Part shown: positions 40,733-54,300 of the stretch, one piece after another
Layout: each line of letters begins with the position of its first letter
Numbering within the stretch: the stretch's first letter is position 1
From: Leptogorgia sarmentosa
Taxonomy: Eukaryota
DNA length: 64,000 nucleotides
Assembly: GCA_964658305.1 (NCBI GenBank)
Contig: OZ210884.1
Location: 1,240,001-1,304,000 of the forward strand
Direction of reading: 5' to 3'
Position numbers and translations under genes: made by a program
Notes under the pieces: generated by a model
Databases searched by the model: none
What the model was told of the DNA's origin: nothing
Seen by the model: the letters and a program-made list of their open reading frames with translations, nothing else

Positions 40733-41138
40733 GTATGTACTGTCTAGTTTTTGCCATTTTCGCTGCCATTTTTGCCAATTTAGAACGATTGACGTATTAA
40801 AAATACACGACTGATGACGCATTGCATGAGGTAGAAAGATATTAAATTGTTTGCGCAAAACATTCGATAATATTATAGGCATTGTTGTTCTGGTTAGGGT
40901 ATGAAATATTGTGTATAAAATATCTCCGAAACTAAAAGCGTAACGGTAAAACTAATCCAGAACTTATTAAGTAACCTTTCTAGCTCTAACCTAATCACCA
41001 TTTTGGTTTTATATTAAGCACTTTAAACCCAACAGCTAATGTTTATGTCAAATTTAATTTCCTGTGTACGTATTTTGAGCAAATAATATTATGCAATACA
41101 AAATGTTTCAAAAACCTACTCTCTGAACTTCCCTTTAG

Positions 41139-41427
41139 GTAAAACATCAACTGATAGTCTTAAGAACAATCCCAAATATGTTATTACAGAAGTAAGTACT
41201 GTAGATCTACATGCACGTACTATACAAAATAATATAAATTGGCTCGCAACACATGCTACAAAAAATAGTTTGTTACATCAAAATTTCTTTTAAACATTGA
41301 ACTACAATGATTTGTTTAATGTTCATTTTTCATCAGTGTGGAAGACCGTGGCAACGTTATTGTTGTCCAGAATGTAACGCCAACATTGGTGGCGAGTTTC
41401 AACAACAGATAATAGGGATGCATCAAG
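41139..41427 (+). pseudogene. Orphan two-exon copy of an RNF213-type RZ zinc finger
   Basis: 41177-41197 is identical over 21 nt to RNF213 exon end plus donor (61560-61540, minus strand). Exon 41337-41427 reads CGRPWQRYCCPECNANIGGE with the same intron position as RNF213 60629-60526. A 7-nt deletion shifts the NRDASR tail out of frame. Confidence 0.85.
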
Positions 41428-42210
41428 GTCAGTGAAGTCGTAAAACTTATTTTCTCATTCTTCTCATCAGTATGTGACACCCCCCGTATAACCGACGAAG
41501 AGATGCCGACAAAGACGTCACAAGGTTGCTAACCTAACCTGGGACGTTTTTCACCATTTTAGCCTTAAGCGGGGAGATATAATTCAATAATAGTTAACAA
41601 TTATTAGCCGACGATTATCGGTATCGCAACATGCACCTCCGTCATGAATATAATTTACTTCCTTTGTAGATATGTACTGTTTGAAATAATTGGAAATTCA
41701 TGAAAACAACAAGATTTAAATGATTGAATAGCGAGGAAGGCTTTTAACTTAGTTTGCATTTACATTTTTTTCAATTTGCAGAAAATATTTTATTTGCATT
41801 TTATCAATTAAATTTGATGTAAATTTACATTACATTACACTGGTTTTGAAATGCTTTACTTTAAGAAACTATATGTATTCCCACAAAATTTGGTGTTTGA
41901 AATTAAACCATTTTAAACCAATATTCGTTCGTATTCTGTTTTATTATACGTATATGAAGCAGTGAGATACCAAAAATAGACAGTGGGATATTTTCCATGT
42001 CTTCAATAGTGAAGATATCGATCACGTGATCATTTTCCCACAAATGAATTTCTTTCCAAAATGGCGACGTTTGTGTAAGAATACATGCTCTCATGGAAAA
42101 TTTAATAGTTAGGTTCTAGAATAAAACTATTGACGACATGAAAAATTGATGACATGATTAATTTAAATTTTAAGCTATAAAACAGACAATAGACAAAATT
42201 TCTGTTCAAG

Positions 42211-42373
42211 TCAAGGCTGCATTCTTGAGTGGTAATCTTCACTTTTCTGACAAGCTACTTTCCACGCGTCCACAGCATGTTGCACTTGGATGTCTTGAGG
42301 TATATGTTCTTCTAAACCATCGATCTTTTCACATTGCTTTGTATCAAGTTGTAGATTGATATAGTCTGATAAA
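42211..42373 (-). CDS. RNF213: RNF213-like terminal exon
   Basis: LSDYI...IPQDIQVQHAVDAWK...MQP-stop. Confidence 0.88.
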
Positions 42374-45300
42374 CTAAAGTGATGAAAAGATATTACAATG
42401 CAAAGTTTAGCGAGGTATTGAGACACATCGCGTATAGTAGCTAGTAAAGTAACATGCACTGTATAACTGAGTTATACAATAGTGTGCATAATATACAAAT
42501 AATGAATGCTCACGAGTGCTTTGGCGGTAACGCCGAAAGGAAAATTTCATTTTTCACGGAGTGAAAATATGAAATGAAAATAAAAATACAATTGCACCAA
42601 AGAAAACATCCATTATCCGATAAAACAAAGCATCGAAATTTTTTAAAAATCTTTAAATTTGTTGAATACGAAACATATTTAAATACCCCAGAAAAGGCCA
42701 TTTGATGAAGAGATAGTATAATAACGAGGTTCAATTGACACAATATATAGAGGATATTACGCGGCAGGTACCATGGATGTATGGGGTTAAAAATTTTTAG
42801 GGGGCGGACGTCAGTTTGCCCGACTAACCGTGAGCTTTCAGGGGGGTCCGGGGGTATACTCCTCCGAAAAAGTTTTTAAACTGCAATACATTTTATATCT
42901 GCAAACCACCGTGTAATTTTGTTTTTGGTTGAAATTTATAAAACTCAGTCCATAATCGATAATGCTCGCCGCTTTTGGACAAATTTCGTCGCCATTTTGA
43001 AAACAAATTTATTGGCGGGAAATGATCATGTGATCGATTTCTTCACTATTGCAGTGAAGATATGGAAAAGTAGTGATCATGAAGATATCGAAAATATCTC
43101 TCTGTGTATTTTTCGGTACTCCATGCCTGAGTCAATGTTTTCCTAAAAACTCAAAATATAACTATTTTTGAATCAGCCATTTTGCCTCACACAAATTGTG
43201 CACTCTAGGGAAGATCCATCGTTCACGATGTAAAAAGATGCAGTTAAATACATCACGATCATGGCATAATTTTGGCGGATGAAATATAATGAAAAACTAA
43301 CCGTGCAATTGAAGACCAGTATACAGGTTAAGCCCGTTTTGAACTCCATTATTTCGCCGCCGCTTGCGCCTAATTTCAACAGAGAAATCATTTTTTCACT
43401 TTTATTCGCCGCTAAAAAATTTGTAGTACCTCTGTGGTCGTTAAATCCTGCGTTTGACCTTTCCTGACGTCGCTAATTCAATTTTTCGCCGGCGAATTTT
43501 TTCGCCAGCGGCGTCGAAGTGAGTGGAAAACGAGCTTTACACATGTACTGGAATAATTACGTAGCGGCCAATTATGGGCAGCTCATTTACATTTCTAATA
43601 TCATTGTAGTCAATTTCCTGGACGCTGATTGGCTAAAAAGCTTCAACAACTGTGCGAATTAAACATTAATTACACAGGTGTGTACTAATTAATTTTTCAA
43701 ATACCACAGGTTTCGAGCCCGCTATACATTATAAAAACAAATAAATAAACGCTTATCAACGCTAAAATTCTTGTTTTTTTTGTCATTTATTGTCAACTTT
43801 GGACAAAAACGTTTGGTGAACGTGTACTACAATGATATTAATACGAAATTACACTTGTTCTCGAAGTATTAATGAAAAATTGCACTTGTGTTTGGCGAAA
43901 TACCGCTCGTGCTTTGCACTGGCCAAACACGCATGCAATTTTTCATTAATACTTCTCGAACCGTGTAATTTCCTATACAAATACATGTTCTGTGTAAACT
44001 TACGGCCAGCGTAACTGTTCTTCAGGAACATTCTTCAGGTAAAGTAGAATAATTTCCAGCAACTCACGAACAAAATAATCCACATTTAGCTTTTGTAATC
44101 CGGCGTTCAAAGCAAACTTCTGTTTCTTGTCAAGTGATGTCTTCACTCTATCCGACACATCATCAAACGGATTCTAATAAACAGTGAATGCTTTGTTAAA
44201 ACATTTATCTAATACAATATACTTTCACTTAAATTATATTCAATTTCAATTGCGACTGTTAAGGATGGCAACGTTTGAAAAACAATATTTTTTTCAGCTT
44301 TTCTACCTAAAATTTAGACCAGTTTTGATTGGTTCATAGTGATTTCAAAAAAATGCACTGTGATTATAGAAACGTTATACAGTTACATACATAGGTCAGT
44401 AGGGTCAATATTATAACTAGGGATCCAAGGATAGTGCAAAGTTTCTAAGGCCCGTTTCAAACGTGGAATTTTGGTCGCATCGAATGGCGAATGCAATTCA
44501 AACAATGGATAATGAAGTTAGTCATCTCATTATCCATTGTTAGAATTGCATTCGATGGGTCCAAAATTCCACGTTTGAAACGGGCCTAAGAAGACATTAA
44601 AATCATATTTTGAAAATAATCACAATTTCATTGTCAGAAAGCAACTGGCAGTCGCAGCAGCGTGCATGTTAAAAGCAAATCAGATAAATCTCTGACCTCT
44701 GACCTTTTTAAAATACATACACATTTAACACATCGTACTGAGCTTCTGCGTCGTAATAAAATATCCAGTTTATTCACAGTATCAGGCCAACGTTAAATTT
44801 ACTTTTGTAACCCTGTATATGGTTTAGTTCTTTTAGTATCGAAAATTCTGTAAATCCCCGGCATGTCTGGTAAACAAACAACCGCGAGGCTGGAAGACGG
44901 GAAGAGTCGAAGACGGCGAAAACAAACACGAAAGCTATAAATGCGAAGGCTCGCAAATATGTTGGCTATCATCAACCATATTAACTAAATACGATTTAAA
45001 ATTATGGCTATCTTGTTGTGACGAGTTCTACTGTGTTACACATCTGAGTTTGCCTGCTATTTGCGAATTGCGATGGCAATGTCGGTCAACTAAATGTTTT
45101 AATATAATACGCACAGCGGCAGTTAACAGTAGCTATTTTAAATTGTGCATGACGAGCCAAATACAAGTTTTCTACTAATAATGATAATAAATTCAAATCT
45201 CTAGATTCATTGCTGATATATAAAGAACATTTTAACTGCTTTATCAACGTATTCAAACATGTTGGCCGCATTATATTATCACCATAGTGAATTACTGATT

Positions 45301-48300
45301 CACGGTCTCACTCTTAGCGTCCGCCATATTGTGTAATTTCATTCCCCAGACATGTGCTGAGTTGCAATTTTTGCAAAAACTGAAATTCCGGAGGGGCCTC
45401 CGCCATTGTGTACTGTATTTGAGCGCTTCTTTGATCACATTTCTCGTCGAACTAACTTTCGTATCGATGAGAACAACTGCAAATAATGATGAGCAATGAT
45501 ATATAACTGCAATCGAATCATTTCTGTTCAAACATTCCAAGGATATCAGTCAACTACGGAATTTCGCATATCAGAAGAATTTGGGACGCTCCCCCCGGAG
45601 TTTACACTATGAATGAATCGCTGAATCGCTGAATCGCTGAATAGCTGATGTGAATTTTCGCCCCTCATCACAATACTGCAAAGTTAAACTTTGCACTAAA
45701 AAAGGTGCAATTGATTGAAACTTCGATCGATCATGTGAGCGAGCGTTAGCAAGGGAAATTGTGATAATAAAGTCTTAAATATTTCTTCAAATCGATTGTG
45801 GGAATCTGTATAAACTTCACCACAATTGCGCTGCTTTTTGGGATTAAATCACAGACGAGTAATATTTTTATGTGCAGTAGCTATATTACTATCAACAAAG
45901 AGCTTATATATTCTGTTTCTGTAAAATTTCGTTATATTCGAGAATCGATGTCATTTTCCATTTTCCAGTGAAGGAAAATATTTCCGCTTGTTACATAAAC
46001 AACACAGCCGCGCGCGTATGGCAATGTTATCTGTATACAAACCTGTTCACGATGTGTCAATACTCTTGCACGTTCTAAAGATAACAACAGCCATAGTGAT
46101 ATAATATGTTGCAGTTGGCAAAACTGCTCAGCCTAAAAGCAAAAAACAATTATCAGTTGAAATATCAAAAGTCAAACTACTTCAACAAAACAGGTGAAGA
46201 AATGTCAGAACAAATTTGCTGTCTTGATTTAAACACGGTAAAAAATCTCAGTTTTTCCATTCCATATATCTTTGGTTTCGATCAAGTATTCGACAAAACA
46301 ACCACTATTTTTTCTACATGCAATGTCAATTTCTAGAAGCGTTTTCTAAAGTTCCAATTTGTTCACCCACATTAAACAAAATGCAATCATCCTATAGCAC
46401 TTTTTCAGATATACTATTGTAATGTCAGGAAAATCTCAGTAAACTGCGACAAATATACTGTAGTTAGACAGTTAGTTTGAGTAGAAGTTATTTCTCTACA
46501 AATACAACAGCACAAAATGCATTCACGTTAAGGGTTTGTGCCTTTTTAGGAATCATGAAAATTGGAAAAAACATTCGTCATGTTACACAAATAACTACTT
46601 TAATTTTGAATAATTTCCATTCGCCAGTCATGAATGATGCGTCGATCGGGCTTTTCATCCAAATACAATGTATCATGATGAATACTGCATTGGAAATACA
46701 TATTCCCCTTGTCAAATCGCGGTTATGACATGAAAATCACATAAAAAAATGTTGCTTTTGATTCACTCCTTTAACAGAAAAAAAGATGCATGCTGCTTGA
46801 AACAGGTCTACATGTACCTTTCCACTTTTTAAGCCATTTTTAGGCGTCATCTTTAGTCCTTGATGAAGGTATTCGTGGATAGACATTAATGGATTTCCTC
46901 CAGCAGAAGACAAAAATCCAATGGCAATATGGATCGATTTAAGTACATCACAAACATCAGTCAGTTGAGTTAGTTCATTCAATATTTGATCTTGGACAGG
47001 GCGAGTTAATTCTACCTAAAATGTTAAAAATAGAAAGAATTTTTGCGACTGTAATTTTTTATTGATTTTATAAGACATGATCGAAATATATTTTATCATT
47101 AAAAATCTCTTTTTGTATTTTTATGCAGTATTACTAGACTTCTAGCCTTGGCCAATTACTACTATAAAATTGAACATTTTGATTGGCTATATTCAACTAT
47201 GGATCAGAACGTAACCGACCAGGGTTGAGTAAAACAAGCAGGAAATATTCCTGTTTGGCATGTTTTGGCGGCAATTTCAAGAAAGAATTTAATCTGGACA
47301 TACCTGGGGTATCTTTCGTTTCAAAGCTTTAAATGCTTCTCCGTCACAAATATCCTTGCTAAACACAAACAATTCGAACTAAAATAAAGAAAAAAATACA
47401 TGTAATAATGCAAAATAGCGCGGGAAACGTTAGAGTATGGTGTAAATCAGTTGGTCTACACAAGGAGCATCATAAAAGTTTACACTTGGAGAACATTCGC
47501 TGAGCTAACGAGGGCGCAAAATTTGGGAAAATTTCCAGTTACCCTTAGCAATTCAACACCCTCTGGTAAATCTATAGCACTAAGAGAATTTATATTTCTT
47601 GCATGGTGTCGAATTGACCGATTGCATAATAGCCCAAATTTGCAAAAAATTGAAATAGTACGATTCATTTCAACAGCGTTAAAATTGGAAATAGTACAAT
47701 TGATGTCAAAGCATGCCGAAGTTAGTAAATTGTAAAGTTTGGCTGCGAAATGTTGTAAATTACAGCAAATATAGCCATGCAAACTGCTATATTTGTAACT
47801 ATGTAATACGAAAGTATACTAGAAATACAGTAGATGCATGCAGCAATCCCTTGCCGTATTAATCGATTTAGAATGCAACTATATTTTCGGAACAAAAAGT
47901 ATCATAGCAACACGAAAATTTAGATTTTTTTTAAACGTGAAAGTAACGTTGGAAATGTCAGCTTCTGTCCTGATTATATAGAAATTTATCTTAAGTTCCA
48001 GAATATTTGTCACCCGTACGTAATTGGGCCTAATGTAAACTTAATTTTGGTATAAAATAAGAAACGTTTTGAAATATTTCTGGAACTAAACTGACATTCG
48101 TATAAATTACGTGTTTGAATTGAAACCATTTCATGATTTCAAGCCAATCTTCACTCGTTTTCTTTTACATATAAAGTTCGTTAACAATTTGAAATAATGA
48201 AAAGACTGCATGGAATTAAACGGCGAACGGCCTTTTATGTAAATACGCAAAACGTTTAGTGCAAACAATATATATTTTGACCAACTTGTTTTGTGTTTCA

Positions 48301-51300
48301 ATCATGCATATTCCTTTCTCTTCCCGCGTCTCTCCTTTTTCGAATATTTATGTTTTCCGGCTCAACAGGCTGTCAAGTCTTGCAGCGAGAGCTCAGCATG
48401 TTTGTTCGTGATGATAGGCCACCATTTTTGGCCATAAGATGACCACCGTTCTCACATGATCTAAAATGGCGGCCAATTTGATGACCTTCATACTCCGCAG
48501 GCAGAAATTTATATTGGGATTACTAGTTTTTGGATACTTTGCAACCGCGCATATTTTATTTGTTGTATTAGTTAATTTCTTTAAAAAGAGGATTTTTTAC
48601 AGCCAATTTTGTCGAAATATAGGTTCTTGTCTCGACTCGCATCAAGCGATCCCGAGCGTTGGACTACGTTTTTTCACAACATTTCTCCTGTTATAGGCTC
48701 AGGATTAGTACATGAGCCTGGACTAGAAAAAGAAATATATGTTATTTACCAGATGGGAAGTCCGTACTGGAAAATATTTTGTCGAGGTCTCAAAAACGGC
48801 CCGAGGCCGAAGGCCGAGGGACGTTTTTGAGACCGAGACAAAATATTTTCCAGTACGGACCGACCTAAATGGTAAATAACTTATTTATTTTTTTCTACTC
48901 GATGTTATGATAAAATTCGTCAAAAATTCCAGTGTTGCGAACTAGATTTAGAGATCAGTTTGTTTGTTTACTTTGCTACTCTATCGCAAGTATGGCTGCT
49001 AAACAGCCAAGACGAAGTGAGGAAAAACCTTCAATATTGACGCATTTTCTTCCATATTCACGCATTTCCACTCAACATTACGATGAAAAAGGTAAACTTG
49101 TTAAGATTATTTATTTTCCCGGTCGTTTCACGATAGAAACATGGTTAAAATACGCTTTAGACACCGAAATATTTCGCCGAGAATGTTTTTTGTTTTGTTT
49201 TGTTGATACTGACGAGACTTTTGTCTTTTGTTTTTGTCGCTGTAAATACCCCCTAAAATATCCCGTAGCATAATAAAATGGACTTTCATGTGTTCTTTAT
49301 CGCCTAAATTCGTTTTGAATATTTTAATAAGCGGCCATTCAGTTTTAAAAAACAAAAACATTGACTATATTTGTATTAAATCTACGAGAATGCATGCGAG
49401 CGGTCCGTAAAGTAGGTTACGGACCGCTCGGCAACCAATCAGAAAGCTCTATTTAGGTTACGGACCGGGAGTTACGGACCGGAAAAAAAAAAAGACTTTA
49501 TTTTTGCTTTACTATCGCTTTTATAGATAATTACGATATAAATTAATCACGCTACCCTGTGTATCCCAGAAATTATCCCAAAATAAATTTGTACTGCGTG
49601 TAAAGGTCCTGTTACACGATGCAATTTTTCTTGCAACTTGCATTGCAATTCTACTATTAAGAGATGTGAAATTGGCAAGTACGAGTCTTCATCAGATTTT
49701 CCTCATGAATTTTTTACAAATCAGACAGTTTTCATTAATTTACATCTCTCAAGAGCAGAATTGCGTTGCAAGTTGCAAGAAAAATTGCATCGTGTAACAG
49801 GGCCTTAAATGGCCGTGCTGAATTAGTACCCTCGCCCATATATGGCTTCGCGACAAAATGTGCCTATTTTGCAATTGGCATACCGCTATATATTCCGTAT
49901 TTACAACATTATGCATCCAAACTTTGCAATTTTACTACCTTTGCAATGCTCTTTAACGCTGTGAAAATGAATTGAAAATTTTTACTAGTGTGCAATTGGC
50001 CCATTAGCTTGCGAATTTTGTGTGAGCATAATGCACAAAATAACTGGTAAAATCAACCAGGAAAGTTTCTGGAGATTACCGTCCACCAAATTTTCCGAAA
50101 CTTTGATATAGCTTGTACAGCATTCTAGATATATTAAATCGATCCATTCAAATTGCATGTTGAATGTATTGGCTGAAGGCCAGGTGCTTTTCAGTTAGCT
50201 ACACAATTCCTGCTTCATGGAGAATAGATTTGTAAATAATTTTAGTGCTATATATAGAAAATTTTCGCTTTCGAATATCTTTTCTTTTTTTACAAGTTTT
50301 ATGCTGACACTCCAAGTTACGAATCTAAAAATAATATTTGATCAGCGTTTTTAGCTGATAGAGATAAGGTTTGCTCAAATTAGTTTGTATTTTCTTCACA
50401 AGTCACTCTTCCTAATGTTTGAAATAATATTTCATAACCTATTTACCACATATGTTAGTCCAGGTCTTCCTCTGATGAATCTGTCCACCAACTGTCTTTC
50501 CAAACATTTCCAGTTAAAGTCGATGGTAGTTCCTTCCCCAACTTTCAAAGAATAATCACAGTGCGCGTAGATCATTGGCAAGAGGTCTTTTTCGGGATCG
50601 TATGCTACCAGATGAGCCTTAGTGACGTTGGACAGCGGAATTTCTGGAGGACTAAAAATACAATAAAATTTTTTTGCATATTTTTGACGATGGCGGTGAA
50701 AATTACAATATTGCTTATCAAAATGGATGAAATGTTTCTTATCCCATTGACTTATTGTGCCAACAAAAACATCAATAATCCCTTTTGCGAAAAGCTTATA
50801 ATTATTGTACAGATTGTACAAAAAGTGTACAGTTGAAAGATTACGCTAAACTAACGAGCGCGCCGTAATTGTGAATAATTAAGACTGCATGGAGTATCCT
50901 TTTTTCACACCCTGTGATAATCCAGCGTAAAATTTTATATGTCGTAAAATTTTATACAGAGCAGTACATTCAGAAGCTCATTCAAGTGTAGAATTTTAAT
51001 CTGGACATGCAATTAGTACAGGAAATTACACGGTTCGAGAAGTATTAATGAAAATGCACGCGTACGTTTGGCGAAACACTGATATTACAACGTTTTTACA
51101 ATGATATTAACATATTCATCATATAGAGGGCAAAATTATTAGAACCTGATTGGCTATTGAAGAAGGTACTTTTTCTATCAGGAATGTGTTTGTGTTCATT
51201 TCACGTCGGACATTTAATGGCTTCCTCGCAGCATTTTTCGTGTGTGAAATCGTCAAACTGAATTAGTTTCAAGAAATTTGGTAAATATTTAAGTAAATTT

Positions 51301-54300
51301 ATTGAATAAACCTGTCGTTTATATAATTTGTATATTTTTTAATTAATTTCCCAACGTTTTTAAGTGATGATGATATTAATGAATACAGGGTGTATAAAAA
51401 AAACGCAATCCTATGTTCAAATGCAATTTTCATAACGAAAAGTAATAGAAAATAGGCTATATTTACCACCGTTAGAAAGCTCTATCATTCCGCTTTCTTA
51501 AGACTGCTTGTTTGTTAAATTTGAGTTGGAAATGAGCGAGTAATGATATTTTTAATAAGTGTGATTGGACAATTTAAAATTTGAGATTTTTTTAAAAATT
51601 TAACTTTAGTTGGTTACAATCATTCAACGTGGCCTGGCTTTCTCAGCACACACAAATCACTTCGACGTTGCATTTCCCGTGCAACTCTTCTTATTAGTTC
51701 ATGATTTCCATGTAAAGCATCTGCTTCAAGCTGTATCTGCCGGTATTTACGTACGTTACGCCAAACGGTCGTCGAATTTGGGACTTGTCGATCCGGAAAA
51801 GCTATTCGAAACAATCTTAAAACTTCCTGAATACTTTTTGTTACAAAGTAACCTTCAACAATAAAAGTTCTTTCTGCTGTAGTGAGCTGTGGCATGATGC
51901 CTAAGACTTTAAAATTATTTCGCGAAAATATTTCAAACAAAATATTCGCATGCAACGATAACGTCCCCTTCGGAATTAAGAACGTCGAATTCGAAGCATC
52001 TAAAAATGACTGCTTGCAGTAAATCACTGATTTTGAAGTCCTAAATGGCCTAAAAAGTCACAATCGACCACTTATTGAGTAGAAAAAAGATAGGGCTAAA
52101 ACATGAACTAAAAGTTAAGACATGGAAATCTATATTATTTTGATTATAAAGCCTTAAACTTGGATTGCGTTTTTTTTTATACACCCTGTATATTGACTGT
52201 TTGTTTATTAATGTATATAGTGCCGCTCGAACTGCCGCATCTAAAACCTGAAGTTGACATTCAATTCCGAGGGATTTATTTTTGGATAAATCTTATCTTC
52301 AATATGATTAACATGGGTATCATTAACGATTAACAGATCCTCGTAAAATTAAAGTTTAATTTCACTTATGTTTCCAAAGTTTCAAAATTAGCTCTCCTCG
52401 CTTCGCGACTCGGGCAATTTCTGTGTGAAATTAATCCTTAATTTTAATCGGCCCATGCGATTACTATGCCAATAAAAGTGAAAAGTTAAATTATCTCTAC
52501 CTGCTTTCATCGTTCAGCAAGCTCTTACAACGGCCAATAAAATCATTATGTAAAGAAACGAGAAAATTATTCAATGCCAAAGCGCATCTTCCCAAGCCTG
52601 ACTTTGCAGGCAAGAACATGGAAATTGGTGTCGAATTTGTCACTTCACAGTCACACATTTCCTCTGGAATTGGACAAGGACCTAAAATAAAAAGATCAAA
52701 TGCATAAATTGGCTGTTTTATTAATTTACGAGTTGAAATTATAGATTGTGATAAAATGAAGAATTATCATATTTAATGAAATTTGGAAAGCTAGTTTGTC
52801 TCTGTTTAAAATGGATTTTATTATTAAATTTCATTAATCACAAAATGTTGTCATGCATCGCGCTATCGCCAATCTGAATTTTTTAAGGTATGGAAGTTAC
52901 ATCCCAGTATAGGAAGATGCAATTATTTTTATTCTTGACAGCTAGTTGTTGAAAAGAAAATTTTAAATATACCTATTAATCGTTACTACCTAACTTTACT
53001 ACGTAATTTTAGAAGGTCCGAAACTTATTAAAAAAAATATACAAATTTTAAGGATTATTATTGGCGTCATTTCAAAAATTTTTCCACTATTGACGACATT
53101 TAATCAGATAAAAATTAATCTGAGGTGGCTGGCAGATCAAATATCCCAGCTTTTCCACCAGATCTTTTATTGCAGTGGTCGACCGAATGAAATGATCACT
53201 CCAATTTGAAACTTGAAAAAAATCATGTTACATATGAAAAAATAAATCATCAAGTCGCAAATGATACTTTCGCTCTAGCGTTTGGAATATTCCGGTGTTA
53301 TACTGTAAAAAAATTATTATACTACTTGCCGTCTTGTGTTAGACAGGATCGGATAATTTTCCAAGCCATTTTGAAACTGGTGACGAGGGCATTGAACTGC
53401 TCCTTTTTTTGAGGATCTGGAAAAAAAGTAAAATAGTAAATACCAAACCTACACAAAGATATCAAATATTTGAAATACAAATCCATACAGTAAACTCAGA
53501 ATGACGGTTGGCAAACAAGCAAGACTGTGCATCGTTAACGTTAGCATGCATGCATTTATGTACAATATATACATGGCGGTCAGGAAAGATAAGCTAACCA
53601 GAAAATTTTGGTGTCAATTCGCGGACACTAACACACTAACAGCATTTGCCCTTAATTAGAGTAAAAGCACTGATCAATTCAACGATTATAATTTTCAATT
53701 TCACGTTGCGAATCTCAATAAATATCTCCATTTTCAATAGTGCAATGACGTAAATTCAATTAAATTTGATTTCAACATCTGATTTTGTACGCGAGCATGA
53801 AATATCAGCTTTTGTGTTTGCTTTTAGACAACTTATTGCCTGTTTAACAAGATTTAAGAACGGTTGTCATTTCCTTTCGCAGCCATTGCTCCCCGATTGG
53901 CCGGTGCTCCGTCGTATATAACGTAGTGCGTTTCTTCTTCATCCAATATTTCCGACGTACGTCGCGGAAAGTCGTTGAAAATATCTCTTGTCATTCCGCC
54001 AGCTTAAGCTAAATAATGGCCGATATTACTATATTGTTATGTTCCGACCTCCAGGCCACACACCTGGCGATACGCCCTATCCCCTCTTCGTGAGCGACCA
54101 TGATTTCTGGCAGTCCAGATGTTAAACCCACACTCATCCACGAAAATAGTATGGTGGACGTTTGCTTCCTCTAGAAGCCATTGGGCGTTGACGTCGCTCA
54201 ATCACATCTGGACGATTGCGATCAGCAGGTAGTGGGTTTGCCATCTTTAAAGTCAACAACATGCGTTCTACGTGTTTCCCCATAGTACGTTCGAGCACTC

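Noticed and set aside
40784..40834. Possible deiodinase exon 2 after tttag| (ND*RIKNTR...)
   Set aside because: In-frame stop at the third codon and no downstream deiodinase motifs; the resemblance is probably chance.
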